From Candidatus Omnitrophota bacterium (lineage in GTDB: Bacteria; Hinthialibacterota; Hinthialibacteria; OLB16), in NCBI GenBank assembly GCA_020632575.1, contig JACKFH010000012.1, forward strand, positions 1 through 64,000: 64,000 nt of DNA. The letters run 5' to 3'. The position numbers were made by a program, and so were the translations under genes. Numbering within the stretch: position 1 is the stretch's first letter; each line of letters opens with the position of its first letter. Positions 19,195-27,555 of the stretch are shown here, in pieces. A model generated the notes under the pieces. The model worked only from the letters and a program-made list of their open reading frames with translations. It was not told the origin of the DNA and made no database searches.

Positions 19195-20793
19195 CTACTT
19201 CTTAGGCCCTTCCTGCGGACTGGCGGAAGGCGGAGAGGTCTGAACCGACGGGACCCCAGTCGCTGTCGGAGGTTCCGTCGGGCGTGGCGCTGGCGTCGGA
19301 TCGGTTTTAAAACGACTCAGGATGTTGACCCCGGTCGCTGTCTCGATCTGCTCCGCGAGGGAAATCACAGCTCCCGGTAGCTGATTCACCACCCGGCTGA
19401 CTCCTCCGGTCGATCCGTTCTGACCCCCATCGATCACGGTCATCTTGTCGATGTTCACCTTGTCGATGGTCTTCACAAGCTCCCCGATAATCTCCGGAAG
19501 CATATTGAGCATGAAGATCTTCTCTCCGTCGCCATCGGCGGTCTTGTAGGTGGAGATCATCTGCTCGAGCACTTTCAGTCTCGCCTGACCCTCTTGGAGA
19601 ATCGGCGCGGCGGCCCCCTTGGCCTCCTCCTCCATCGCCTCGCGTTTGGCTCGCGCCGGTTCGATAACATCGGCCATCAGACGTTTCTGTTGAAGGATGA
19701 TTCGCTCTTCCTCCATCGCCTGCTCGTACTGGGCTTTGGCTTTCTCGCCCGCGACAGAGGCTTCTTGCTCCTTGATCACCGCATCTTTCTCTAGTTCCGC
19801 TTCTTTGATTCGGAGATCGTTCTGAGCCATGGCGATATTCTGGTCGGCCTGCGCTCGAGAGGTTTTCACCTCGCGATCCGCGTCGATCTCGGCGGTCTTG
19901 ATCTTCTGATCCGAGACCGCCTTGGCCGTGTCGGCGCGACGTTTCGCCTCGGCTTCGGCCTCCTGAGCGAGCGCGGCCTGTTCGGCCTCGGCCTGACGAG
20001 CCGAGGAGTCCGCGGAGGCTTGGGAGCGTTTGACTTCGAGTTCCGCCTCGATCTCCGCGGTCCGAATCGCTTGATCCGCTTTCGCCTTGGCCACCTGGGC
20101 GCGCTGGCGAGCCACCGCCTCGGCCTCTTGGGCGTCCGCCGCTTGTTCTGCCTCGCCCTTGCGAGCCTCGGCCAAGACCTCAGCGGTCTTCCGGCGCCCG
20201 ATGGAGTCGAGATAACCCGCCTCGTCGGAAACGTTCTGAATCTTCAGCGTGTCGAGTTGGAGTCCGAGCTGCTGGAGATCGTTGTCCGCCTCGCCGATCA
20301 GACTCTGAGCGAACTTGAGGCGATCTTCGTTGACCTCTTCCGGGGTCAGTGTCGCCAAGACGCCGCGAAGGTTGCCCTCCAATGTGTCTTTGGCGATCTT
20401 GTGCAGTTCCGATTCCGGCAAGGAAAGGAATCGTTCGACCGCGTTCCCCAACGAAGATTCATCGGATTGAATCTTCACATTGGCGATCGCGTCGACCTTC
20501 AGAGGGATGCCTCCTTTGGAGTAGGCGTTCTTCACCGAGAGCTCCAACGGAATGGTCTCCAGCGACATCCTCGCCGCCTTCTCGATGATCGGAATTCGAA
20601 AAGCTTTTCCGCCTTGGATGATGCGATAACCGACCACTTTTCCATCCGACAACTTCCTCTTTCGACCCGAGAGGATAATGACCTCGTTGGGATGACAGAT
20701 CAGGAGATACCGGCTGAGGAATATGGCAATAACGATAAACAGAACCACCGCCACAACGGCGATCGGTATAAACCAACCGAGTGGACCACCCAT
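19195..20793 (-). CDS. Flotillin-like SPFH protein (YqiK/FloT family)
   Basis: 532 aa. N-terminal TM, an SPFH domain, then a long Ala/Glu/Gln-rich coiled-coil (EA-repeat) region and a C-terminal flotillin domain. Confidence 0.75.
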   Translation of the reverse strand: MGGPLGWFIPIAVVAVVLFIVIAIFLSRYLLICHPNEVIILSGRKRKLSDGKVVGYRIIQGGKAFRIPIIEKAARMSLETIPLELSVKNAYSKGGIPLKVDAIANVKIQSDESSLGNAVERFLSLPESELHKIAKDTLEGNLRGVLATLTPEEVNEDRLKFAQSLIGEADNDLQQLGLQLDTLKIQNVSDEAGYLDSIGRRKTAEVLAEARKGEAEQAADAQEAEAVARQRAQVAKAKADQAIRTAEIEAELEVKRSQASADSSARQAEAEQAALAQEAEAEAKRRADTAKAVSDQKIKTAEIDADREVKTSRAQADQNIAMAQNDLRIKEAELEKDAVIKEQEASVAGEKAKAQYEQAMEEERIILQQKRLMADVIEPARAKREAMEEEAKGAAAPILQEGQARLKVLEQMISTYKTADGDGEKIFMLNMLPEIIGELVKTIDKVNIDKMTVIDGGQNGSTGGVSRVVNQLPGAVISLAEQIETATGVNILSRFKTDPTPAPRPTEPPTATGVPSVQTSPPSASPQEGPKK

Positions 20794-20858
20794 GATGAAA
20801 CCTCCCTTTCAAGCAATATGGACCCGCAATTTCAAACCAAACCGGTTGAGGTTTTTTA

Positions 20859-21452
20859 TTATGCGATGAAATCCTCGCCCGCGATGTGGGCGACGCCATC
20901 GACAATCCGCACGATGGTGGCGTTTTCCCCCTCGGAAAAGTTCTTCTTGGTCGCCTCTTCCGCCACCTCCGCGAGCATTTGGATCTTCCGTTCGTTGGTT
21001 GAGATGGATATCTTTCCCCGTTGTCCGACCGCCACGGGAAGTGTGATTCGTGCGTTCAGGCCGACACACTCCGAGAGGTTGCTCACCTCGCCGGACTCCG
21101 AGGTCTTCAGATAGATCATCAGTTTGTGGCAAAGAATCGCGGCGAACAGTCCCATGACGATGGCCGAAATCAGAGTCACCAGAAACGACGATCCAGTCCA
21201 AGTGAGTAGCGAGCCGGTCAGCCCAAAGAAGGCGCTGAAAAAGATCAGATTCCGGAAGCTCAGAAACTGGATGGCCGCCATCAACCCTTCGCCATGAACA
21301 TCAAAGTCAGCGTCGGTGTCCAGGTCGACATCCGTGTCGAAATCGAGTCCGCCGTCCATGTCGAAATCCAGATCCGAATCCCCCCCGAACAACATCGTGA
21401 ATAGCAGGAGGGCGCCTCCAAAAATGAGACAAGCCAGATAGATCGTGATCAT
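20859..21452 (-). CDS. NfeD-like membrane protein (YqiJ family), partner of flotillin
   Basis: N-terminal TM helix, an Asp-rich linker, further TM helices and a C-terminal OB-fold-like segment. Lies directly upstream of flotillin, the conserved nfeD-floT operon arrangement. Confidence 0.65.
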   Translation of the reverse strand: MITIYLACLIFGGALLLFTMLFGGDSDLDFDMDGGLDFDTDVDLDTDADFDVHGEGLMAAIQFLSFRNLIFFSAFFGLTGSLLTWTGSSFLVTLISAIVMGLFAAILCHKLMIYLKTSESGEVSNLSECVGLNARITLPVAVGQRGKISISTNERKIQMLAEVAEEATKKNFSEGENATIVRIVDGVAHIAGEDFIA

Positions 21453-21600
21453 GGTTTACCGACCCTCCTTTCCGAGATGGCATCCCTGGTTTCAATTCCA
21501 GAAACCGATTCTATTTGCCTCGATGTTTTTCAATCTGTGTCATTCCGAACTGATAGCAGTAGGACTGCTAATTGATACAAGGGAACGATGGTCGCTGTAC

Positions 21601-21670
21601 GTCATACCCGCGGAGGCGGGTATCCAGAGCGCGGGCCTTCCCGCTGGATTCCCGCCTTCGCGGGAATGAC
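21601..21670. repeat. Palindromic intergenic repeat, family 2 (copy A)
   Basis: 25-nt arm GTCATACCCGCGGAGGCGGGTATCC, a 20-nt unique centre, then the 25-nt inverted arm GGATTCCCGCCTTCGCGGGAATGAC. Each arm contains its own CCCGC/GCGGG mini-hairpin. Confidence 0.7.
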
Positions 21671-21751
21671 ACCAATCGAAGCACTCGTTTCGAATCGCTT
21701 TTCGCCCAACGATTCTCGGCCCTCCCGTATCGATCGTCGGAATGGCGGCGA

Positions 21752-22447
21752 TCAAATTTCCCCCTTCAATCTCTTCAACTCCTCCTCGATCGCCGTGTCC
21801 TCGGAGAGTTTCTGAAGGTCGAGTTCTTTTTGAACGTCCTGTTGAAGCATTTCCCTCTCCGCTTCGGCGATCGACTCGATGCGTGTGATTTCGTCCTCGT
21901 AATCAGCGATCCGGCTTTCTCCCGCCGCACCGCCTGAAGCCGTTTCTGTTGAAGTCTTAATCATTTCGGTGGACTTCCGAGTCGCTTCTTGGGAACGCAG
22001 GTTGGCCTCGGCGAGATGTTTCCTTCGTATGAGTTCTTCCTTCTTCCGCCGTGCCGACTGGACCTGATCCTCCAATCTGGCCAGGTCGGATCTCAGCCGA
22101 TCCGCCACCTCACGAGCGTTGACCAGTTCCTTATCGAGTGTTTCTCGGACCTTGACCGTGTGGATCTTCTTCGAAAGGATCTCACGAGTCTGATCGTCCT
22201 CCCCCTTTTTCAGAGCGGTCTTGGCGAGTTTTTCATATTCCTCAATTTGAGCCCCGGAGGTGGCGATCTGTTTTTCGATCTGTTTCACCCGAGCGACTCC
22301 ACGGACAGTCTCGCGACGGAGCTCCACAATGCTTCCCTCCATGTCGCGGATCATCTGTTTGACCATCAACTCCGGATCCTCCGCCTGATCGAGAAGGTGG
22401 TTGATGTTGGCGGAAATTAGTCTGGAAATTCTTTCGATGAGATTCAT
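21752..22447 (-). CDS. pspA: Phage shock protein A (PspA/IM30 family)
   Basis: Internal Met at 22447 (MNLIERISRLISANINHLLDQAEDPE) is the typical PspA N-terminus, with GGAGG 5 nt upstream. The rest is all-helical coiled-coil. Confidence 0.8.
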   Translation of the reverse strand: MNLIERISRLISANINHLLDQAEDPELMVKQMIRDMEGSIVELRRETVRGVARVKQIEKQIATSGAQIEEYEKLAKTALKKGEDDQTREILSKKIHTVKVRETLDKELVNAREVADRLRSDLARLEDQVQSARRKKEELIRRKHLAEANLRSQEATRKSTEMIKTSTETASGGAAGESRIADYEDEITRIESIAEAEREMLQQDVQKELDLQKLSEDTAIEEELKRLKGEI

Positions 22448-22516
22448 TTCCTTCGCCTCCCTCTTTCCGTACCCCGGCAACTCATTTGCCGGGTCGGCGC
22501 TTTTGAATCAAATGTT

Positions 22517-22533
22517 AAGCAGTCCTTATACCA
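22517..22533 (-). promoter_or_regulatory. Sigma-54 (-24/-12) promoter for pspA
   Basis: The minus strand reads TGGTATAAGGACTGCTT, matching TGGCAC-N5-TTGCW (GG and GC 10 nt apart), about 70 nt upstream of the pspA ATG. An AATTCCCAATTCTGGGAAATT palindrome at about 22591-22612 is a candidate activator-binding site. Confidence 0.5.
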
Positions 22534-22612
22534 ATCCGGCCTCACTCGATTTCTCAGTAATTGGGACAGGAATGGTGTGAATCGGTTGGTCTAAATTCCC
22601 AATTCTGGGAAA

Positions 22613-23509
22613 TTACGCCAACAATTCACCCAGATTGTATTTCTTGTAATAGTGGCGGAGCTGGTCGTAACTCAGCCCTAAATTCTTCGCCGCTTCCCGC
22701 TGGTTTCCTTTGGCGTCTTTCAGGGCGCCCAGAAGGAGAGATTGCTCGAAGGCGCGGACGCGGTCTTTGAAATTGCCGCCGAGTGGCTCCACGGTTGTGA
22801 TTTCCAGAGGAAGCTCCGCCGCGTGAATGACATTATCCTCATCCGAGACATACAGACGTTCGATCACATTCTTCAGTTGGCGAATGTTGCCGGGCCAATG
22901 GTAAGCTTGGAGCTCTTTGATCGCGGTCTCTGTGAAATGGGTGGGTTCAAGATTGGGAATCTCGATGTGAAGCAATCTGACGAAATGCTCAATCAGATGA
23001 GGGATGTCCTCCCGCCGCTTGCGAAGAGGAGGGAGCTGCAGTTCGGCGAAACAGAGTCGGTCATAAAGGTCGGGGAGAAAATCTCCCTTCGACATCATAT
23101 CTTCGAGAGGGCAATTGGTGGCCGCGATCACCCGGACATCCACCTCGAGGGTGTCACTCCCGCCCACTCGTTCGAATTTTTGATATTCAATGACTCGCAG
23201 AAGTTTCTCTTGCGCCGAGCGGGTCATATTGGCGACTTCATCCAGGAAAAGTGTGCCCCCATGCGCGAGCTCGAGTTTTCCCTTTCGTTCACGCGTGGCC
23301 CCGGTGAAGGCGCCCTTCTCGTGTCCGAACATTTCGGCGACAAAGAGTTCTTCCTGAAAAGCCGCGCAATTGACCACCACATAGGGATGATCGCACCGGT
23401 CGCTCGAGGCATGGATGAATCGGGCCATCAACTCCTTCCCGGTCCCCCTCTCCCCACGGATCAGGATTGGCCTTGGAATCTTAGCGAATTTCAGGGCCTC
23501 CTGGACCAC
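22613..23509 (-). CDS. pspF: Sigma-54-dependent transcriptional activator lacking a receiver domain (PspF-like)
   Basis: AAA+ sigma-54 interaction domain (GERGTGKE Walker A, GAFTGA-like GAFTGATRER, Walker B and arginine fingers) plus a C-terminal Fis-type HTH. The N-terminus is short, as in PspF. Confidence 0.75.
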   Translation of the reverse strand: MVQEALKFAKIPRPILIRGERGTGKELMARFIHASSDRCDHPYVVVNCAAFQEELFVAEMFGHEKGAFTGATRERKGKLELAHGGTLFLDEVANMTRSAQEKLLRVIEYQKFERVGGSDTLEVDVRVIAATNCPLEDMMSKGDFLPDLYDRLCFAELQLPPLRKRREDIPHLIEHFVRLLHIEIPNLEPTHFTETAIKELQAYHWPGNIRQLKNVIERLYVSDEDNVIHAAELPLEITTVEPLGGNFKDRVRAFEQSLLLGALKDAKGNQREAAKNLGLSYDQLRHYYKKYNLGELLA

Positions 23510-23681
23510 ATTGAGAAAAGACGGAGCGTCGCCGACGCCAGGTTGGCTGGTCTCTGAGATGTCCTCGTGAATGGGATCGCCTCCATCATGGATCGGAGTT
23601 CCAGTATCCCTCCAAATCCGTGTGATCGGATCGGGAGTTTACCACGATCATGAAAGGGATGAATAGGTAAGAATTGCCGGT

Positions 23682-24647
23682 TTAGACAGGGACCGGGGTG
23701 TCGGAGACAATCGATTGGAGGATCTGTTCAGCCTGGAGATAAGCATGAGTCCCCACACCCGATTGAGTTGCCATGATGATTCGGTGGGCCCACACAGGCA
23801 TGAGCATTTCCTGGATGTCGTCGGGGGTGACATAATCTCGCCCGTCCACCAGCGCCTTCGCTTGGACCGCCCGTTGGAGCGCGAGGGTCGCTCTGGGACT
23901 GACTCCTAGATGGATCTCGCGATTCTCGCGAGTTTTCTTGGCGAGCTGGGTGATATACCGCACCAAGCTTCCATCGACTTTGACTTTTGGCACCGCCTCC
24001 TGCCAGGAAAGGACCTCATCCAGATGAATGATCTGGGGTTTGATTACATCCCGATCGAGACCTCGATACTGGACCAGGATCTTCTCCTCCACATCGGCGG
24101 TGGGATACCCGATGGAGACCCGAATCAGGAAACGGTCGAGCTGGGAGACTGGGAGCGGGAAAGTTCCCGAGAATTCAAGCGGATTCTGGGTCGCCATGAC
24201 AAGAAATGGGGAAGGGAGGTCGTAGGTGTTTTTTTCGATGGTCACCTGCCCCGCCTCCATGGCTTCGAGGAAGGCGCTCTGAGTTTTTGGCGTGGTCCGG
24301 TTGAGCTCATCGGCGAGGAGGATATTGGTGAAAATAGGCCCTTCCTGGAAGGTGAACTCATTGGTGTTCCGGTTGAAAATTGGGGTGCCTAGGATGTCAC
24401 TCGGCATCATGTCGCTGGTGAACGAGACACGGTGGAATTTGCATTCCAGGATATTGGCCAGAGACCTCGCCATGGTGGTCTTCCCCACTCCTGGAACGTC
24501 CTCGATGAGAAGGTGCCCCCTGGAAAGCAGGGCGATTACCACCTTCTTGACCACTTCCCGCTTGCCTAGGATGACACTGTCCAGATAATCGAGAACCGCG
24601 CCGAAACGCTGATTGAGGTCTTTCAATTCCATGCTGGTTTTATTCAA
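23682..24647 (-). CDS. MoxR-family AAA+ ATPase
   Basis: Walker A GVGKTT, Walker B and the sensor regions typical of MoxR/RavA. Start is either the TTG at 24647 or the ATG at 24632. No VWA partner gene is adjacent. Confidence 0.75.
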   Translation of the reverse strand: MNKTSMELKDLNQRFGAVLDYLDSVILGKREVVKKVVIALLSRGHLLIEDVPGVGKTTMARSLANILECKFHRVSFTSDMMPSDILGTPIFNRNTNEFTFQEGPIFTNILLADELNRTTPKTQSAFLEAMEAGQVTIEKNTYDLPSPFLVMATQNPLEFSGTFPLPVSQLDRFLIRVSIGYPTADVEEKILVQYRGLDRDVIKPQIIHLDEVLSWQEAVPKVKVDGSLVRYITQLAKKTRENREIHLGVSPRATLALQRAVQAKALVDGRDYVTPDDIQEMLMPVWAHRIIMATQSGVGTHAYLQAEQILQSIVSDTPVPV

Positions 24648-24822
24648 CTTTCCACCGAAAACGTTCGCAAGTTATACAAGAAACATGGATTGCCAACAAT
24701 GGGTGGGGAATCCATCGAAGACAGCCCTTTGACCCTGGAAAAAAGAGGCCTGGATTGGTACGATTAAATGGTGTCCCGTCGTGGGACAATTTACATGAGT
24801 TATTTCCAGGAGTTAAAGAACC

Positions 24823-25143
24823 ATGATAGCGATCACTGAAGGGGCTGCGAGCGAGGCCAAAAGACTGATGGAACAGGAAAACCTGCAGGAATATGTTCTC
24901 CGTGTCGGAGTGCAAGGCGGAGGTTGTTCCGGCCTATCCTACACCCTCGGTTTCGATAACACGGTCAACGACACCGACCACATCATGGAGGATCATGGCA
25001 TCCGTCTTGTTTGCGACAACAAGAGCATGCTCTACCTTAATGGGGCCGTGTTGGATTATTCCAGCGATCTCATGGGCGGCGGGTTCAAGTTCAACAACCC
25101 CAACGCCAAAACCACCTGCGGTTGCGGAAGTTCTTTCGCCTAA
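24823..25143 (+). CDS. erpA: Iron-sulfur cluster insertion protein (HesB/IscA/ErpA family)
   Basis: 106 aa. Has the GGGCSG motif and the C-terminal CGCGSSF motif characteristic of A-type carriers. Confidence 0.75.
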   Translation: MIAITEGAASEAKRLMEQENLQEYVLRVGVQGGGCSGLSYTLGFDNTVNDTDHIMEDHGIRLVCDNKSMLYLNGAVLDYSSDLMGGGFKFNNPNAKTTCGCGSSFA

Positions 25144-25173
25144 ACGGATAACCCGCTCATCCACCAAACCAAC

Positions 25174-25209
25174 AAAAAAAGGAGGGGGATTTCTCACCCC
25201 TCCTTTTTT
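25174..25209. terminator. Bidirectional rho-independent terminator
   Basis: AAAGGAGGGGG-loop-CCCCTCCTTTTTT hairpin flanked by A-runs and T-runs, between convergent erpA and the DUF1080 gene. Confidence 0.6.
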
Positions 25210-25235
25210 CATTTAATTAGAGAGCCGTAAGTCAA

Positions 25236-25877
25236 TCAGTCCGGAAGAACCTTCACACGAATGTTCTTATAGAAAACCTTGCTATTCGGGTCGTGGGCCT
25301 GGATGGCGAAGGTCCCGCTCGAGAGATCCGTTCCTCGGGACCGATGATCCAATTCGGCCTTATCCTTCTCATCGTATTTGGCGCAGGTCTTCCCATTGAT
25401 TTGAGTTTCGATCGTCTTACCTTTGACAATGATTGTGTACTCGAACCATTCATTGTCCTTGGCCGGAGCCTCCAGGACTTTGACCGTGTCGTAGATCCCA
25501 GCAGTCTTCTGCGGATCCCCCTGGGTGTTGTTCACCTGACACTCGTATCCGTAGTTCGGCCAATCATCCTTCTGATATTTGGTGTGAATGTAGAGCCCCG
25601 AGTTCGAGCCTTTGGTGGTCATCACATCGGCTTTCAGGATGAAATTCTTGAAATTATGGTTTTCGACCGGTCCCTCGTAAAACAAATGCGCGCGAGCTCC
25701 ATTGGCGACAATTTGACCATCCTCCACCCTGAATGAATCGGGGTGGTCTTCGCTGACCTTCCACCCATCCAATGATTTACCATCGAAAAGCGAGATCCAT
25801 CCTCCATCCGAATCGCCCGCGGCGAACGCGCCGGTCACGATCATGAGGGAGAACGCTATGCAAAAGAACTTCTTCAT
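25236..25877 (-). CDS. Secreted DUF1080 (3-keto-disaccharide-hydrolase-like) protein
   Basis: Internal Met at 25877 is preceded by GGAGGA. Signal peptide, then the GWISLFDGKSLDGW motif typical of DUF1080 (the LamG-like jelly roll). Confidence 0.6.
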   Translation of the reverse strand: MKKFFCIAFSLMIVTGAFAAGDSDGGWISLFDGKSLDGWKVSEDHPDSFRVEDGQIVANGARAHLFYEGPVENHNFKNFILKADVMTTKGSNSGLYIHTKYQKDDWPNYGYECQVNNTQGDPQKTAGIYDTVKVLEAPAKDNEWFEYTIIVKGKTIETQINGKTCAKYDEKDKAELDHRSRGTDLSSGTFAIQAHDPNSKVFYKNIRVKVLPD

Positions 25878-25942
25878 GAGTGTTCCTCCATACAATAAAT
25901 TGGAACAGGATTATAAGCCCAATCGATGGATTGGGAACAGAC

Positions 25943-26122
25943 TCATGGGGCCATGTCCTCTCCCTCGCATTCTTCGCTGGACTTCTCTCGTTTCCGTTTG
26001 GCCACAGCGCGTTTGAGGAGGTACTCGATCTGGCCGTTGACGCTACGAAGTTCCTCATCCGCCCAACGGTTGATCTCTTCCCACAGATCTGGATTGATTC
26101 TCAGGAGGAATTTTTTCTTCAA
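25943..26122 (-). CDS. Unlisted small ORF: Arc/MetJ-type ribbon-helix-helix DNA-binding protein (59 aa)
   Basis: TTG start at 26122 lies 6 nt after GGAGGA. Translation: MKKKFLLRINPDLWEEINRWADEELRSVNGQIEYLLKRAVAKRKREKSSEECEGEDMAP. The RINPDLWEEI...RSVNGQIEYLL pattern matches the Arc-like domain (beta strand, then two helices). Confidence 0.5.
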   Translation of the reverse strand: MKKKFLLRINPDLWEEINRWADEELRSVNGQIEYLLKRAVAKRKREKSSEECEGEDMAP

Positions 26123-26223
26123 TGAGATTCCTCCCGATTCCGATTTTGATTCAGGTTCATTGGTTCTTTCGTTTTCTTACCTCTACCGACCAATTCAGTC
26201 GGTCTTCTTCCGGCCCCCTCCGT

Positions 26224-26293
26224 GTCATTCCTACGAAGGCAGGAATCCAGGGGGCAGGCCCCGGCCCTGGATACCCGCCTCTGCGGGTATGAC
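26224..26293. repeat. Palindromic intergenic repeat, family 2 (copy B)
   Basis: Arms GTCATTCCTACGAAGGCAGGAATCC and GGATACCCGCCTCTGCGGGTATGAC around a different 20-nt centre. Confidence 0.7.
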
Positions 26294-26377
26294 GCATTCG
26301 GTTTCCTTTTACTAATCAGCGGCCGCCTGCTGCACGCTCGGAATGACACCATTTGGAGTGGGGTAAGAGGAATGAAA

Positions 26378-27271
26378 TTACCCATACAGAGTCCCGGTAT
26401 TGATCACGGGGTGCGCCTCACGCTCTCCGCACAGGACGACCAGGAGGTTGCTGACCATCGAGGCCTTCTTCTCTTCGTCCAGTTCGACCACGCCTTCTTT
26501 TTCCAATCGTTCCAAAGCCATTTCGACCATTCCGACCGCTCCATCGACAATGGTCTTTCTGGCCGAAACGATTGCCGAGGCTTGTTGCCGTTTGAGCATG
26601 GCCTCCGCAACCTCCTGGGCGTAGGCCAAATGGGAGAGTCTCGCCTCTTCCACAATGACTCCGGCTTTCCAGAGTCTTTCGGTCAATTCTTTTTCGAGCG
26701 CCTCGGACACTTTGTCGATATCCCCTCGGAGAGAAACGGTGTCCTCGGTCTCTTCCCATGAGTCGTAGGGATAGGAACTCGCCAGGTGGCGCAACGCCGA
26801 TTCGCTTTGGGTTTGAACGTAGTACTCATAGTCGTCGACATCGAATAGCGCCGAATAGGTGTCTTTCACCCGCCAGACCACAATGAGCGCGATCTCGATT
26901 GGATTGCCCGTGTAGTCGTTCACCTTGAGTCGCTCGCCGTTGAGGTTTCTGGCCCGCAGAGAGATGTTCCACTTGGACATCAGTGGATTCACCCAATAGA
27001 AACCGTTCTTTTTCACCGACCCCTTGTAGTTTCCGAATAGCACCAGCACCCCCGCCTGATTCGGTTGCACGATCATGAAACCCACCGAGACGAAGATCGC
27101 CAGCAACAGAAGGAATATCGATCCGCCCACCATCCAGCCACCCCATGGCGCTCGGCGCTCGAGTCCCATGACCCCGTCGATGAACAAGTAGATCGACAAA
27201 AGATACATCGCAATGTTAATCGCCAACATCAACCAACCAGACAACGCCTTCCTCTCAATTTCCTGTGTCAT
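26378..27271 (-). CDS. SPFH/band-7 (stomatin-like) membrane protein
   Basis: Internal Met at 27271 has GGAGGT 8 nt upstream. Two N-terminal TM helices are followed by an SPFH domain. Confidence 0.65.
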   Translation of the reverse strand: MTQEIERKALSGWLMLAINIAMYLLSIYLFIDGVMGLERRAPWGGWMVGGSIFLLLLAIFVSVGFMIVQPNQAGVLVLFGNYKGSVKKNGFYWVNPLMSKWNISLRARNLNGERLKVNDYTGNPIEIALIVVWRVKDTYSALFDVDDYEYYVQTQSESALRHLASSYPYDSWEETEDTVSLRGDIDKVSEALEKELTERLWKAGVIVEEARLSHLAYAQEVAEAMLKRQQASAIVSARKTIVDGAVGMVEMALERLEKEGVVELDEEKKASMVSNLLVVLCGEREAHPVINTGTLYG

Positions 27272-27377
27272 GATGTCTGACCTCCGACATTTCATTAAAG
27301 TAGGTAAATGATATCACAATGATTTTACATTACAATCTCTCTTCAGAAACCTCGGCCATTCGAGTAAGCCATCAGTC

Positions 27378-27447
27378 GTCATACCCGCGCAGGCGGGAAT
27401 CCATGGGGGAGAGACCGGCTGTGGATACCCGCCTGCGCGGGTATGAC
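27378..27447. repeat. Palindromic intergenic repeat, family 2 (copy C)
   Basis: Arms GTCATACCCGCGCAGGCGGGAATCC and GGATACCCGCCTGCGCGGGTATGAC around a third, different 20-nt centre. Lies in the divergent promoter region between the SPFH gene and algI. Confidence 0.7.
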
Positions 27448-27555
27448 GGTTATGAGTGGCGGAAATGAAGGGTATGGGCGCCCATTCTTTTCTTCGCTCT
27501 TTACCTGATTGGCGAAAACCGGGAATAATCCCCCCTCTTTCATATCGATCTCATT

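Noticed and set aside
18736-19205. ORFs 18736..19035, 18830..19048, 18972..19205 and the C-terminal part of 31482..32033 (shared GRGIPAPNRGS peptide)
   Set aside because: The shared peptide is the translation of the family-1 repeat. These are repeat read-throughs, not conserved proteins.
21445-26315. Small ORFs containing peptides such as WIPASAGMT / IPAFAGMT (21445..21669, 21540..21755, 21588..21815, 25926..26315, 26119..26385)
   Set aside because: These peptides are simply translations of the family-2 palindromic repeat arms. The ORFs span intergenic repeats and are not genes.
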